Positions 27,809-39,600 of a DNA stretch of 64,000 nucleotides are shown here, one piece after another. Each line of letters begins with the position of its first letter. The stretch's first letter is position 1. The position numbers were made by a program, and so were the translations under genes. Source of the stretch: Bacteroidota bacterium (GTDB lineage: Bacteria > Bacteroidota > Bacteroidia > Bacteroidales > JAGONC01); assembly GCA_026391695.1 (NCBI GenBank), contig JAPLDP010000069.1, forward strand, positions 12,886 through 76,885, read 5' to 3'. The notes under the pieces were generated by a model. That model did no database searches and was not told the origin of the DNA. It saw nothing but the letters and a program-made list of their open reading frames with translations.

Positions 27809-28135
27809 ATGGGTATATATGTTTTGATTTCTATTTTAATCATCATTGCGTGTTTCTTATTGGGTCTTGTGGTTCTGGTTCAAAATTCCAAAGGAGGAGG
27901 GCTGGCTTCTAATTTTTCTTCATCGAACCAATTTATGGGTGTGAGAAAAACAGCTGATTTTCTCGAAAAGGCCACATGGACATTAGCCATTGCTCTTTTA
28001 GTCATGAGTCTGGTGTCGATACTGGTCATTCCAAGGAATATACAAGTATCTAATGTACCTCAGAGCGAGATCCAGCAAAAAGCAGCCGAGGAACAATCAC
28101 CACCAGTTGATTATCAAGCCCCCCCACAGGAATAG
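27809..28135 (+). CDS. secG: Preprotein translocase subunit SecG
   Basis: 108 aa. Two TM helices flank the LVQNSKGGGLAS motif typical of SecG. Confidence 0.85.
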   Translation: MGIYVLISILIIIACFLLGLVVLVQNSKGGGLASNFSSSNQFMGVRKTADFLEKATWTLAIALLVMSLVSILVIPRNIQVSNVPQSEIQQKAAEEQSPPVDYQAPPQE

Positions 28136-28160
28136 AAGATATGATTCCAGGAATATTAGC

Positions 28161-28199
28161 AAAAGTGTCAGAATGTCATATCATTCTGACATTTTTTTT
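28161..28199 (+). terminator. Rho-independent (bidirectional-looking) terminator after secG
   Basis: GTCAGAATG-tcatat-CATTCTGAC, a 9-bp stem flanked by an A run and a T run. Confidence 0.75.
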
Positions 28200-28294
28200 A
28201 CTTTCGGGCATTGGCATAAAATATGATTGCTATCGATCAGATTAAATTTTCGGATTCATTTATTTTTATTGTTTAACATTAATATATTCAAGTT

Positions 28295-28573
28295 ATGGCA
28301 AAGTTGAAGATTCAACCCTTGGCAGATCGAGTTTTAATTGAACCTGCCAAAGCTGAAGAAAAAACCTCTGGCGGAATTATTATTCCTGATACAGCAAAGG
28401 AGAAACCACAGAAAGGAAAAGTGGTTGCTATTGGAAAAGGCAAAAAAGACGAACCACTGACTGTCAAGGTTGGTGACACTGTTTTATACGGTAAATATGC
28501 CGGTACCGAAATAACCATTGAAGGAACAAATTACCTTATCATGCGTGAATCGGATGTCGTAGCAATTATCTAA
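28295..28573 (+). CDS. groES: Co-chaperonin GroES
   Basis: 92 aa. [36 protein letters not shown]. Confidence 0.95.
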   Translation: MAKLKIQPLADRVLIEPAKAEEKTSGGIIIPDTAKEKPQKGKVVAIGKGKKDEPLTVKVGDTVLYGKYAGTEITIEGTNYLIMRESDVVAII

Positions 28574-28604
28574 TATCATCAGGGAAAATTTTATTAACTA
28601 TTAA

Positions 28605-30248
<1,644 letters not shown>

Positions 30249-30284
30249 AAGTAAGAAGACTTCATTAACTTTACTTGGTTTTGA

Positions 30285-30313
30285 GGCTGTCCGGTTTTGG
30301 TACAGCCTTTTTT
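30285..30313 (+). terminator. Rho-independent terminator after groEL
   Basis: GGCTGT-ccggttttggt-ACAGCC followed by TTTTTT. Confidence 0.65.
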
Positions 30314-30414
30314 ATTTGGTATGTTAAAAAGTTATGTAAACTTGCAATAATTTTACGGATCTGACGTAAATATTCATGATTATAAATACCTATATAATAT
30401 AACTTTTTTTTAAA

Positions 30415-30978
30415 ATGAGGAAGCATGTATTTCTAGCGGTAAGTGGTTTTTTCTTCCTTGGTTTTCTTAAAATGATGGCCGGACAAACTGTCAGTTCTTC
30501 CGATACAATTGTCCCTGTTGATCCGGATACAAGACTAATCGTTTATCAGGAAGTTGTTTATGAGGAGGGAACGAAAAATGACTTTTTCAACCGGGCTGTC
30601 AACTGGATCAATAAAACTTACAAAAATCCATCCGGCATTACATCAGTCAGAGACCCACAAACAGGTAAAATAGAAGGAAGTTACCGTTTTAGAATCTATA
30701 CCTCAAACAATGAAGGAATAAATATGGATTGGGGTACCATTCTATATTCGTTCAAACTCGAATTCAAGGATGGCAGGTACAGATATACATTTGATAACTT
30801 TCTGCTTCAGGCACAATCAAGCTTTCCGCTTGAACGCTGGCTGGATAAAAATGATCCGGTATATAATGAAACCTGTGATCCAAAGCTTATGAAGGTGGAT
30901 GAACAAATGAAGGATCTCATTGCAAGTTTGAAGAAGTTTATGAAGCCTCCACCGGCCAAAAAAGATGATAATTGGTGA
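30415..30978 (+). CDS. DUF4468-like secreted protein
   Basis: 187 aa. Signal peptide, and a layout (VYQEVVYEEG..FNRAVNWINKTYKNP..GSYRFRIY) reminiscent of the DUF4468 family. Function unknown. Confidence 0.55.
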   Translation: MRKHVFLAVSGFFFLGFLKMMAGQTVSSSDTIVPVDPDTRLIVYQEVVYEEGTKNDFFNRAVNWINKTYKNPSGITSVRDPQTGKIEGSYRFRIYTSNNEGINMDWGTILYSFKLEFKDGRYRYTFDNFLLQAQSSFPLERWLDKNDPVYNETCDPKLMKVDEQMKDLIASLKKFMKPPPAKKDDNW

Positions 30979-31004
30979 CCTGTACATGAAAATATTTTAT
31001 ACAT

Positions 31005-32645
31005 ATGAAATCCGATAGTCAGTTTACGATTTCCGGGCATATTGTGGATATTGTCAGAAAAAAAATATTCAGGGGAACATTGGCTGTCGGTAACGGTCGG
31101 ATACTTTCAGTTAAGGAGGAGAGGACTTCCGAAGAAAAATATATCTTGCCAGGCCTTATTGATTCGCACATACATGTGGAGAGTTCTATGCTGGTGCCTT
31201 CTGAGTTTGCCAGAATGGCTGTTGTGCATGGAACAGTCGCAACAGTCTCTGATCCGCATGAGATTGCCAACGTGCTGGGCCTGAACGGAGTTTTGTTCAT
31301 GATCACGAACGGGAAAAAAGTGCCATTTAAATTTTATTTTGGTGCTCCTTCCTGTGTGCCTGCTACCCCCTTTGAAACTGCCGGTGCTTCTATCGGACTA
31401 TCTGAAATTGATTATCTGTTGCAAATGGATGAGGTGAAATACCTTTCCGAAATGATGAATTTTCCGGGAGTGTTGAACAATGATAAAGTGGTGATGGATA
31501 AGATAGCACTTGCCGTAAAGTATAATAAACCTGTTGACGGTCATTCTCCCGGTGTTACAGGCCCAGACGCACAAAAATACATAGGTGCCGGAATTTCCAC
31601 CGACCATGAATGTTATAGTTTGGAAGAGGCTTTGGATAAAATCGGATACGGTATGAAGATACTGATCAGGGAAGGCAGTGCAGCAAAGAACTTTGAAGAA
31701 CTCAGTGAACTGATAAACCTGCATCCCGATAAGATCATGTTTTGTTCTGATGACAAGCACCCCAATGATCTGCAAAAGGGACATATGAATGCCCTTGTGA
31801 AAAGAGCAATTGCAAAAGGTTATGATCCTATAACAGTGCTGAGAAGTTGTGTATATAATCCTGTTCAGCACTATAATCTTCATGTCGGCCTGTTACAGCC
31901 TGGTGATCCTGCCGATTTTATTCTGATAAATAATCTTACTGATTTTAAGGTTCTGGGAACATATATCACGGGGATTAAAGTAGCGGAAAATGGCACCAGC
32001 CTCATTAAATCGATAAGTGATACTCTTCCAAATTGTTTTACCGCCTCCAGAATTTCGGTTGAAGACCTCCAGATTCAGGCACAAAGCGGGATGATAAGGA
32101 TTCAGAAAGCTATTGACGGTCAGTTGATCACAGGTTGTGAAAAGGTTAATCCAAAGGTAGTAAATGGCTTAATTGTCAGCGATACAGACCGGGATATCCT
32201 GAAAATGACTGTCATTAACCGGTATATTCCCTCTAAACCAGCTGTAAATTTTATTCACGGGTTTGGACTTAAAAGGGGGGCTATTGCCTCGTCTGTTGCT
32301 CATGACAGTCATAATGTTATTGCTCTGGGTACAAATGACGAGGATATTGTAAGTGCCGTTAACATGGTGATAGGAACTAAGGGAGGTATTGCACTCGCCG
32401 ATAGTCATGAAAAGCTCATTCTGCCACTCCCTGTTGCTGGCCTCATGTCGGAAAATGATGGAAATAAAGTAGCAGAATTATATGATATGCTGGATAAAAA
32501 AGCAAAAGCCCTCGGCTCTGTACTCCATGCTCCTTATATGACACTCTCTTTTATGGCTTTGCTGGTAATTCCGGAACTCAAATTAAGTGATAAAGGGCTA
32601 TTTGACGGAAAAAAGTTCACTATAATTGATTTATTTTCAAATTGA
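31005..32645 (+). CDS. ade: Adenine deaminase
   Basis: 546 aa. LPGLIDSHIHVESSML metal-binding motif and SDPHEIANV. Length and layout fit Ade. Confidence 0.88.
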   Translation: MKSDSQFTISGHIVDIVRKKIFRGTLAVGNGRILSVKEERTSEEKYILPGLIDSHIHVESSMLVPSEFARMAVVHGTVATVSDPHEIANVLGLNGVLFMITNGKKVPFKFYFGAPSCVPATPFETAGASIGLSEIDYLLQMDEVKYLSEMMNFPGVLNNDKVVMDKIALAVKYNKPVDGHSPGVTGPDAQKYIGAGISTDHECYSLEEALDKIGYGMKILIREGSAAKNFEELSELINLHPDKIMFCSDDKHPNDLQKGHMNALVKRAIAKGYDPITVLRSCVYNPVQHYNLHVGLLQPGDPADFILINNLTDFKVLGTYITGIKVAENGTSLIKSISDTLPNCFTASRISVEDLQIQAQSGMIRIQKAIDGQLITGCEKVNPKVVNGLIVSDTDRDILKMTVINRYIPSKPAVNFIHGFGLKRGAIASSVAHDSHNVIALGTNDEDIVSAVNMVIGTKGGIALADSHEKLILPLPVAGLMSENDGNKVAELYDMLDKKAKALGSVLHAPYMTLSFMALLVIPELKLSDKGLFDGKKFTIIDLFSN

Positions 32646-32689
32646 AAAATAAATAATGTACATATTTACTGATCTATTATGTTATTTCA

Positions 32690-32697
32690 TATATTTG
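32690..32697 (+). promoter_or_regulatory. TAnnTTTG -7 box candidate upstream of the ArsR-family gene
   Basis: TATATTTG, 18 nt upstream of the ATG at 32715. Confidence 0.4.
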
Positions 32698-32714
32698 CAT
32701 AAAAATCTTAAGTA

Positions 32715-33011
32715 ATGAAAACAGTCCTTGATATTACAAAACTAGAATCAGCAGCCAGTAAGCTGAGGGCTTTGGCCCACCCGATGCGAATTGCCATCAT
32801 TGAATTACTGGAAGAGAAGAAAAAACTCAGCGTGACCGAGATTTACAAGCACCTGAAAATTGAACAGGCGTCGGCATCACATCACCTGAATATTTTGAAA
32901 GGTAAGGGTGTTCTTTACTCCAAGAGAGATGGCAAGAAAATCTATTACTCACTGAGAAGTGAATCCCTCACTGAAATCATTCACTGCATCAACAGATGTG
33001 GCGAAGATTGA
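32715..33011 (+). CDS. ArsR/SmtB family winged-helix transcriptional regulator
   Basis: 98 aa. LRALAHPMRIAIIELL..LSVTEIYKHLKIEQASASHHLNILKGKGVL. Confidence 0.85.
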   Translation: MKTVLDITKLESAASKLRALAHPMRIAIIELLEEKKKLSVTEIYKHLKIEQASASHHLNILKGKGVLYSKRDGKKIYYSLRSESLTEIIHCINRCGED

Positions 33012-33015
33012 TTTC

Positions 33016-34695
33016 TTAAAGTGACCAGGATTCTTCGTATATCCAGTTTGCCCGGATATCAATAACCTTACTGTAATAAATGACCTTTTCGGGTTGTTGA
33101 TGGGATAAGTATGTCCCTGTGTCCCAGTGTCTGTTCCGGTTGTCGTCAATCACAGCCCTGAGTCTGTATTTACCAGGCAGCAAATTTCTGAATTCAAGAG
33201 TTGCATCTGTGGTGATTACCTCTGAATTCAGAATAGTATTCTTCTCATCGAGCAGTTGGATAATAATTTGTCTATTTACCACTCCGGTTTGTATATCCAT
33301 TTTTAGACTTCCATAATCTGCATATGAAGTGGTAGTAAATTTCAGAATTATTGAATCATTGCGGTAATCCATAATATCGCTGAAAACAGAATCAGGAATT
33401 AGCATCTCATAACTTTTATTCTCTTTCCATTTATATTCCAGGCAAATGCTTCTTCCAATTGGATCAGTCATACTGATGACAGTCTTTACTGTATCCTTAC
33501 CCTCAAGGAGCAGGATGCGCGAAAAATCAACGGTTTTTAATGGATAGGGAGAGTTCAGCAATAAAGGTTTATAGACCGCCAGTCTGTTCAGGTTAACAAG
33601 GTTGGTCGAAAACACAAGTTTTGGCACTTCTGTCTCGCGTTTAGATGATTTCAAGTTTCTCCGGGGTGCAGCCAGAGATAAACTAAGAGTATCTGGTTCC
33701 ATACCTTCATCCCGGATCACAAAACTGAGAGAATCCGGTATCTGTGGTTTTATCCAAAGCAGTAAAGTATCTCTGGCCTGGTTCATTGACTGAATAAACC
33801 TGTCACTGGTATATTCCTGATTCAAATATTGAATGTCCAAATTCTTAACCGGATAACGGAATACCATTTGGATGAAGCCTTCTCTGATTGTTTTAGCTTC
33901 CATTAAGCGTTGAACGGAATCTGATTCCTGAAATAAATAGAATATCCGTGTTTTAGCAGGTGTGGAGGCGTCAGTGTCACCCAGAATGACAGGTTTTTGG
34001 ATCCACGGTTCCACCAAACTGTCACTAAAAGCTATCTGCTCATCGGGAAGATCGTACAGATAGTTACTGTTTGCATCCCTAAGAACAAATAACTTATATG
34101 CCCTGCTTCGCAGATTGAAAAAAGAAAAGTTACCATTATCATCTGTCCTTGAAATATAATAAGGTATAGCTTTATAGGGTAACGAATCCTCAGATGATTC
34201 GTAAAGCATTACCCAGACATTCTTTTCAGGCTCGCAGGTCAATGCATTTTCAACACTGCCTTTTAATGTTAATGAGTCCAGATAATCACCTGAAGAAAAT
34301 ATATACTGGTAATCACCAATAGGATTCCCCTCATTCATGTCTTTAATGGCGTTGCCAAAGAAAAATGTATAAGTAGTATTTTTATACAGCGTATCAGTGA
34401 GTGTGATGATCAGTGATTTACCTTTTAATTTATATTCGGGTTTATTTTTTGACGGGGGTGACAGGATGATTTTTTCTTCCGGCGGCTGGTCAAGGGTAAT
34501 AAATTCATCAAATGTGATCGATATGTTTTTTTTAGTAAAATGTATGGAATGGTCAGGCGGATCACAGGATACGACCTTCGGGGCCCTGATATCCTTTGGA
34601 CCACCAGTCGGAGCAACCGGATTGGCACAGGAGAAAATGATAATGACCACTGCCAGTTCCAACAGTACCGGTATAATTTTTCTTCTGATGTTCAA
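33016..34695 (-). CDS. Ig-like (SbsA/Big_5-type) domain lipoprotein
   Basis: 559 aa. Lipobox IIFSCA, then PTGGPKDIRAPKVVSCDPPDHSIHF..ISITFDEFI (Ig-like N-terminal domain) and a C-terminal carboxypeptidase-regulatory-like beta-sandwich (LPGKYRLRAVIDDN). Confidence 0.6.
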   Translation of the reverse strand: MNIRRKIIPVLLELAVVIIIFSCANPVAPTGGPKDIRAPKVVSCDPPDHSIHFTKKNISITFDEFITLDQPPEEKIILSPPSKNKPEYKLKGKSLIITLTDTLYKNTTYTFFFGNAIKDMNEGNPIGDYQYIFSSGDYLDSLTLKGSVENALTCEPEKNVWVMLYESSEDSLPYKAIPYYISRTDDNGNFSFFNLRSRAYKLFVLRDANSNYLYDLPDEQIAFSDSLVEPWIQKPVILGDTDASTPAKTRIFYLFQESDSVQRLMEAKTIREGFIQMVFRYPVKNLDIQYLNQEYTSDRFIQSMNQARDTLLLWIKPQIPDSLSFVIRDEGMEPDTLSLSLAAPRRNLKSSKRETEVPKLVFSTNLVNLNRLAVYKPLLLNSPYPLKTVDFSRILLLEGKDTVKTVISMTDPIGRSICLEYKWKENKSYEMLIPDSVFSDIMDYRNDSIILKFTTTSYADYGSLKMDIQTGVVNRQIIIQLLDEKNTILNSEVITTDATLEFRNLLPGKYRLRAVIDDNRNRHWDTGTYLSHQQPEKVIYYSKVIDIRANWIYEESWSL

Positions 34696-34730
34696 ATCTT
34701 TCGCGTAATTTTATAATTGATATTACAAAG

Positions 34731-36686
34731 ATGATGAATTTTTCAATCAGGATAATCCCGGTTTTCACATTTCTTGTCCTTGCAGCAATTCCTGCTTATT
34801 GCCAGTATCCTCCGGGAATCGATAACATCAGAGAATTAGCATTCAACGAACAGAAAAGTATCTCCCGGTTTGTACCACATGCTCCCAACTTTATCGGATC
34901 TAATTATGATCTGGTTTATCATCGCTTTAACTGGTTCATTGATCCTTCGTTAAAATATATTAAAGGATCAGTGACATCTTATTTCCGAACGGTTAAACCA
35001 CTTGTTGACACAATCAGTTTTGAATTATTCCATGAAATGACCATAGATTCCATAAAATTTCATGGTACGCATGTAGGATATGACCTCACTATCACCGATA
35101 GACTACAGATTTTTCTTGATGAGAAATTGCCTCTAAATCAGTTAGATTCCATCATCGTATTTTATCAGGGTATACCTGGATCCGGTACCGGATATGAAGG
35201 TTTTATGCAGGATCACCACAATGGCTCGCCAATTATCTATACTTTTTCTGAACCTTACTTTGCAAAAGAATGGTGGCCATGCAAAAATGATCTTTCAGAT
35301 AAGATAGATTCTGTCGATATATTCATTACAACTCCCGGTCAATTCTGTGCAGCGAGTAATGGTATTCTGTTTAGTGAGACTTTTAACGGGGAATATAGGA
35401 TTTATCACTGGAAACACCGTTACCAGATAGCTACCTATCTGATCGCCATTGCTGTGACAAATTATTCGGTATATTCTGATTATGTAAATGTGTATTCTGA
35501 TTCTCTGGAAATAATGAATTTTGTATTTCCTGAAGATCTGGAAAGAATAAAAGGAATCACTCCGGGCGTAATTCCTGTTATGGAACTTTTCAATGAACTT
35601 TTTATACCTTATCCTTTTGGAAATGAGAAATATGGACATGCCCAGCAGATAGCCTCCGGAGCCATGGAAAATCAAACAATAACTTTCTCCGGTACATTTA
35701 ATCATGAGATATTGGCACATGAACTTGCTCATTCCTGGTTTGGAGATTATATAACCTGCAGGTCATGGCATGAGATATGGCTGAATGAGGGTTTTGCTAC
35801 CTATCTGGCAGGCTTAACCTATGAACATATGTTCGACGGCTATTGGTGGCCGATCTGGAAAAGGAATAACATCAATTATGTGACCAGTCAACCCGGAGGT
35901 TCGGTATATTGTGAGGATACAACTTCGGTTTCCAGGATATTCAGTTCACGTTTATCATACAGTAAAGGGGCTATGATACTCCACATGATCAGATGGATTA
36001 TTGGTGACTACAATTTTTATTCAGCCCTCAGGAATTATCTTAATGACCCCGATCTTGCCTATGGATATGCCACTACCTTTGATCTTAAGCAACACCTTGA
36101 ATCAGTCAGTGGCAAGGATCTTACCGGCTTTTTTAGCGATTGGTACTATGGTGAAGGATTTCCTGTTTATTTTATTAAATGTACTTATAAGGAAAATGAT
36201 CAGATTGAGGTCGTTATTAACCAGTCGCAGTCACTTCCCTCTGTTGGTTTTTTCGAACTTCCCGTTCCTCTATTGTTCAAGGGAGAAAGTGCCGATACCC
36301 TTATCGTTTTTGATCATCAATATTCAGGGCAGTCTTTTATGATAAGACCGGGTTTTCATGTTGACTCAGTATTTTTCGACCCGGACAAATGGATAATCTC
36401 AAAAGGCAGCACTGTCAGTCTTAGTATTCAGGGGTTCGGTGATCCATCTAGACCCTTTATTTTCCCAAATCCCGTTATGGATGTGCTATGGTTCAGAGCA
36501 GGATTTGAACCTGTGAGTGAAATAAAAATATTTAATATCGACGGCAGCCTGCACACAAAATTCGAAATGACATTGCAGCCCCACCAATCCCATCAACTGA
36601 ATTTATCTGGACTCAATCCCGGATTTTATATTCTGAAGGCCATTCAGGATTCCGGTTCTTTTGCGCAGAAGGTGATAAAATTATGA
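34731..36686 (+). CDS. M1 family aminopeptidase with a T9SS C-terminal sorting domain
   Basis: 651 aa. Signal peptide, GAMEN, HELAHSWFGD and WLNEGFATY motifs. The last ~75 aa (FPNPVMDVLWF..IKIFNIDGS..LSGLNPGFYILKA..QKVIKL) fit the type A CTD. Confidence 0.85.
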   Translation: MMNFSIRIIPVFTFLVLAAIPAYCQYPPGIDNIRELAFNEQKSISRFVPHAPNFIGSNYDLVYHRFNWFIDPSLKYIKGSVTSYFRTVKPLVDTISFELFHEMTIDSIKFHGTHVGYDLTITDRLQIFLDEKLPLNQLDSIIVFYQGIPGSGTGYEGFMQDHHNGSPIIYTFSEPYFAKEWWPCKNDLSDKIDSVDIFITTPGQFCAASNGILFSETFNGEYRIYHWKHRYQIATYLIAIAVTNYSVYSDYVNVYSDSLEIMNFVFPEDLERIKGITPGVIPVMELFNELFIPYPFGNEKYGHAQQIASGAMENQTITFSGTFNHEILAHELAHSWFGDYITCRSWHEIWLNEGFATYLAGLTYEHMFDGYWWPIWKRNNINYVTSQPGGSVYCEDTTSVSRIFSSRLSYSKGAMILHMIRWIIGDYNFYSALRNYLNDPDLAYGYATTFDLKQHLESVSGKDLTGFFSDWYYGEGFPVYFIKCTYKENDQIEVVINQSQSLPSVGFFELPVPLLFKGESADTLIVFDHQYSGQSFMIRPGFHVDSVFFDPDKWIISKGSTVSLSIQGFGDPSRPFIFPNPVMDVLWFRAGFEPVSEIKIFNIDGSLHTKFEMTLQPHQSHQLNLSGLNPGFYILKAIQDSGSFAQKVIKL

Positions 36687-36697
36687 CTTGATGGTCT

Positions 36698-39600
36698 TTA
36701 TTCCCTTTTAAACGTTGATATGTACAAGGCTGAGTAAGTTGTAAGTATCTCTTCTGCCTTTATGATCAGTTCATCCTGCTTGAAGCCAGAGGCAATTTTA
36801 CTGATATGTTGTGTTAGGGCCAACGCCTGTTGAATGGGTGATTGCATTTCCTGAATCTTGATGTCATCGAATGAGAAGTAATAGTTCAGTTCCTGGTCAT
36901 AATAATCAAGTAAGCGGTTGAAGATGGCATTACCCTTTTCAAAGGTTCCTGTATTATAATAAGTTTCAGCAATAGGAATAATCAGGGTATTATAGGGCAC
37001 GCAGTTGTCAGGGATAATTTCGATACAGCGATCACAAACAGCTACAGCTGAATCATACCTGCCTTCAAGAACAAGGGCTATTGCCAGACGGCTGAAACTG
37101 TTACGGAAATTCGATATCATACGTCTGGCTGTTTCATCAAGGTAAACACTTGGTTGGTTCAGTGCGGTATAGTCGAATTTGTTCATGAGGTTATCATACA
37201 TGACCACGGTATTGACCTGGCCGGTCAGACTAACGTTTTCATCAGCTCTGACCGGAATAAGCCGGTAGGCAAGGCCCTCCATCTGGAAATAGTTCTGAAG
37301 CCCGATATAAGCATCTTCACCGGTGGTAGACGCGAAGTATACCGGTCTTTCCCAGTTGTCGGATGCCAATAAATCCAATATCATCAGCTCATTTTTATAA
37401 ATGACATACTTATCCAGTTTCCATTCAACAGGTTGTATCCGGTTTGCCAAATGCAGTGGTACCGTTCCATTACTGGTAACCAAGGCCGAATCAACCGCAA
37501 TTTTTAACTTTTTAACAGGTAGATAATCTATGCGTCCCATCTCACTCATAAACTGGAATTGATCAGGATTTGTTTCAAGCAAGTCCATAAGAGTGGTTAA
37601 ATCGACATAATCGTTTAGACTATCTTCTTCGATCAGATATGTGATGTCAAAACTTCCCTGTTTATAGATGTCTTTTGTCAGGGAAAAAGGCACAGGTTCA
37701 GAATCATATACTTTTGTTTTCATCTGATCAATATACCAGTCGGTACTGAGCAGGCTCAGGTTAACCACCCTGACGTCGGTACGGAATCCTTCAACTTCCT
37801 GGGCGTACCAGAGCGGAAATGTGTCATTATCAGCGTTAGTGAAAAGAATGGCATTGGGTGCACAGGAGTTGAGATAATTCTTTGCCGTGCTTAATACAAT
37901 AAATCTTCCTGACCGGTTGTGATCATCCCATCCTTCTTTAGCCATGATACCGGGTACCAGCAACAGGCATACCGTTGTTGCAATAACTGCTGAAAGCTTC
38001 TGATCGAATTTTTTACTTAGCAGTTCAAAAAAGTATAAAACTCCCAGACCAATCCATATAGCGAAGGCATAGAATGAGGCTGCATAAGCATAATCCCTTT
38101 CCCTGGGTTGAGGCGCATACTGGTTTAGATATACGACAATGGCAAGACCCGTCATAATGAAAAGCAGGGCTACAACCCATGTATCCTTACTGCTTTTCTG
38201 CCAATGGTAAGCCAATCCGATGAGCCCCAGAAGCAATGGTAACATGTAGAAACGGTTTCGGGCTTTGCTGTTAAGGTTTTCGGGAATGTTATCCTGTGGT
38301 CCGAGTCGCTTTTCATCTATAAATCGAATACCACTTATCCAATTACCATCCAGATAATCGCCATAACCCTGATTGTCATTCTGACGGCCCGCAAAATTCC
38401 ACATGAAATACCGGAAGTACATATAGTTGATCTGGTAATTGAAGAAGAATCTGATGTTTTCAGTGAATGTTGGTTTAAGGAGAGTCCTTGCCTTATCATC
38501 GCGCCCGGGAACCGAAACAGGAATCCCTGATATTTTTCCCCATTGCTCATACCCATCGGCATAGTACGGTTCATTATTACACCACATTCTTGGAAAAATG
38601 GTCATGAACCTCGGATCATAAACAGGGATGACACCCTTTTTTTCATCGGTTATTACATATTTCTTTTTTTCCTTGTCTTTGGTATACACCGGCTTTCCAT
38701 TCTTCTGGCCGATGACCGGCGCATTGAAATATTGTCCCCGCAGAATTGGCCAGTCACCATATTGTTCGCGGTTCAGATAAGATAGTAGTCCTATGGCGTC
38801 ACGCGGATTGTTTTCATTAATAGGCGTGTTTGCATTGGCCCTGACAATCAGCAGTAAAAATGAAGAATAACCGATAAGTATGAAAGCCAGACATAGAATA
38901 GAGGTATTCCAGATAACTTTTTGGCGTTTTCTGGTGTACCATAATCCCCATATTATCCCACTGACAAGTAACAGAAAATAAATCAGTGTACCGGTATTAA
39001 AGGGTAATCGAAGCGAATTGACGAAGAACAGCTCAAAAAGTCCGGCCAGTTTGACAATCCAGGGGATGATGCCGTTCATCACAAAGGCAAGGATGAGAAA
39101 TGAAAGGATGAGGGTTTTAATGATACCCTTCCATGTAGGCCTGGGATACTTTTTATAATAATAGATGAATGAAATGGCCGGAATAGCCAAAAGATTAAGA
39201 AGATGAACACCTATTGAGAGCCCCATGAGATAAGCGATGAGAATGATCCAACGTAATGCATGCATCTGATCGGATGACTCCTCCCATTTAAGTATGGCCC
39301 AGAAAACAATAGCGGTAAAAAATGATGACATGGCATACACTTCGCCTTCCACAGCTGAAAACCAGAAGGAATCAGAAAAGGTATAAGCCAGCGCACCGAC
39401 CATACCACTGCCAATTATAGCATAAAGTTTCCCCTTTGTAATCGCATTATTGTGTAAAATAATCTTTTTTGCCAGCATAGTGATTGACCAAAAGAGAAAA
39501 AGAATGGTGAAGCCACTGGCTAAAGCTGACATAGTGTTAACCATTCTTGCAACAAGATGGGGGTTAGAAAAGGCAAAAAGGGAAAAAAACCGGCCTATGA

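Noticed and set aside
28200-28294. I looked for a CIRCE element (TTAGCACTC-N9-GAGTGCTAA) or a sigma-54/sigma-32-type promoter upstream of groES.
   Set aside because: No CIRCE-like inverted repeat is present. The TTGGCAT..TTGCT look-alike at about 28209-28231 has 14-nt spacing, which is wrong for a -24/-12 promoter.
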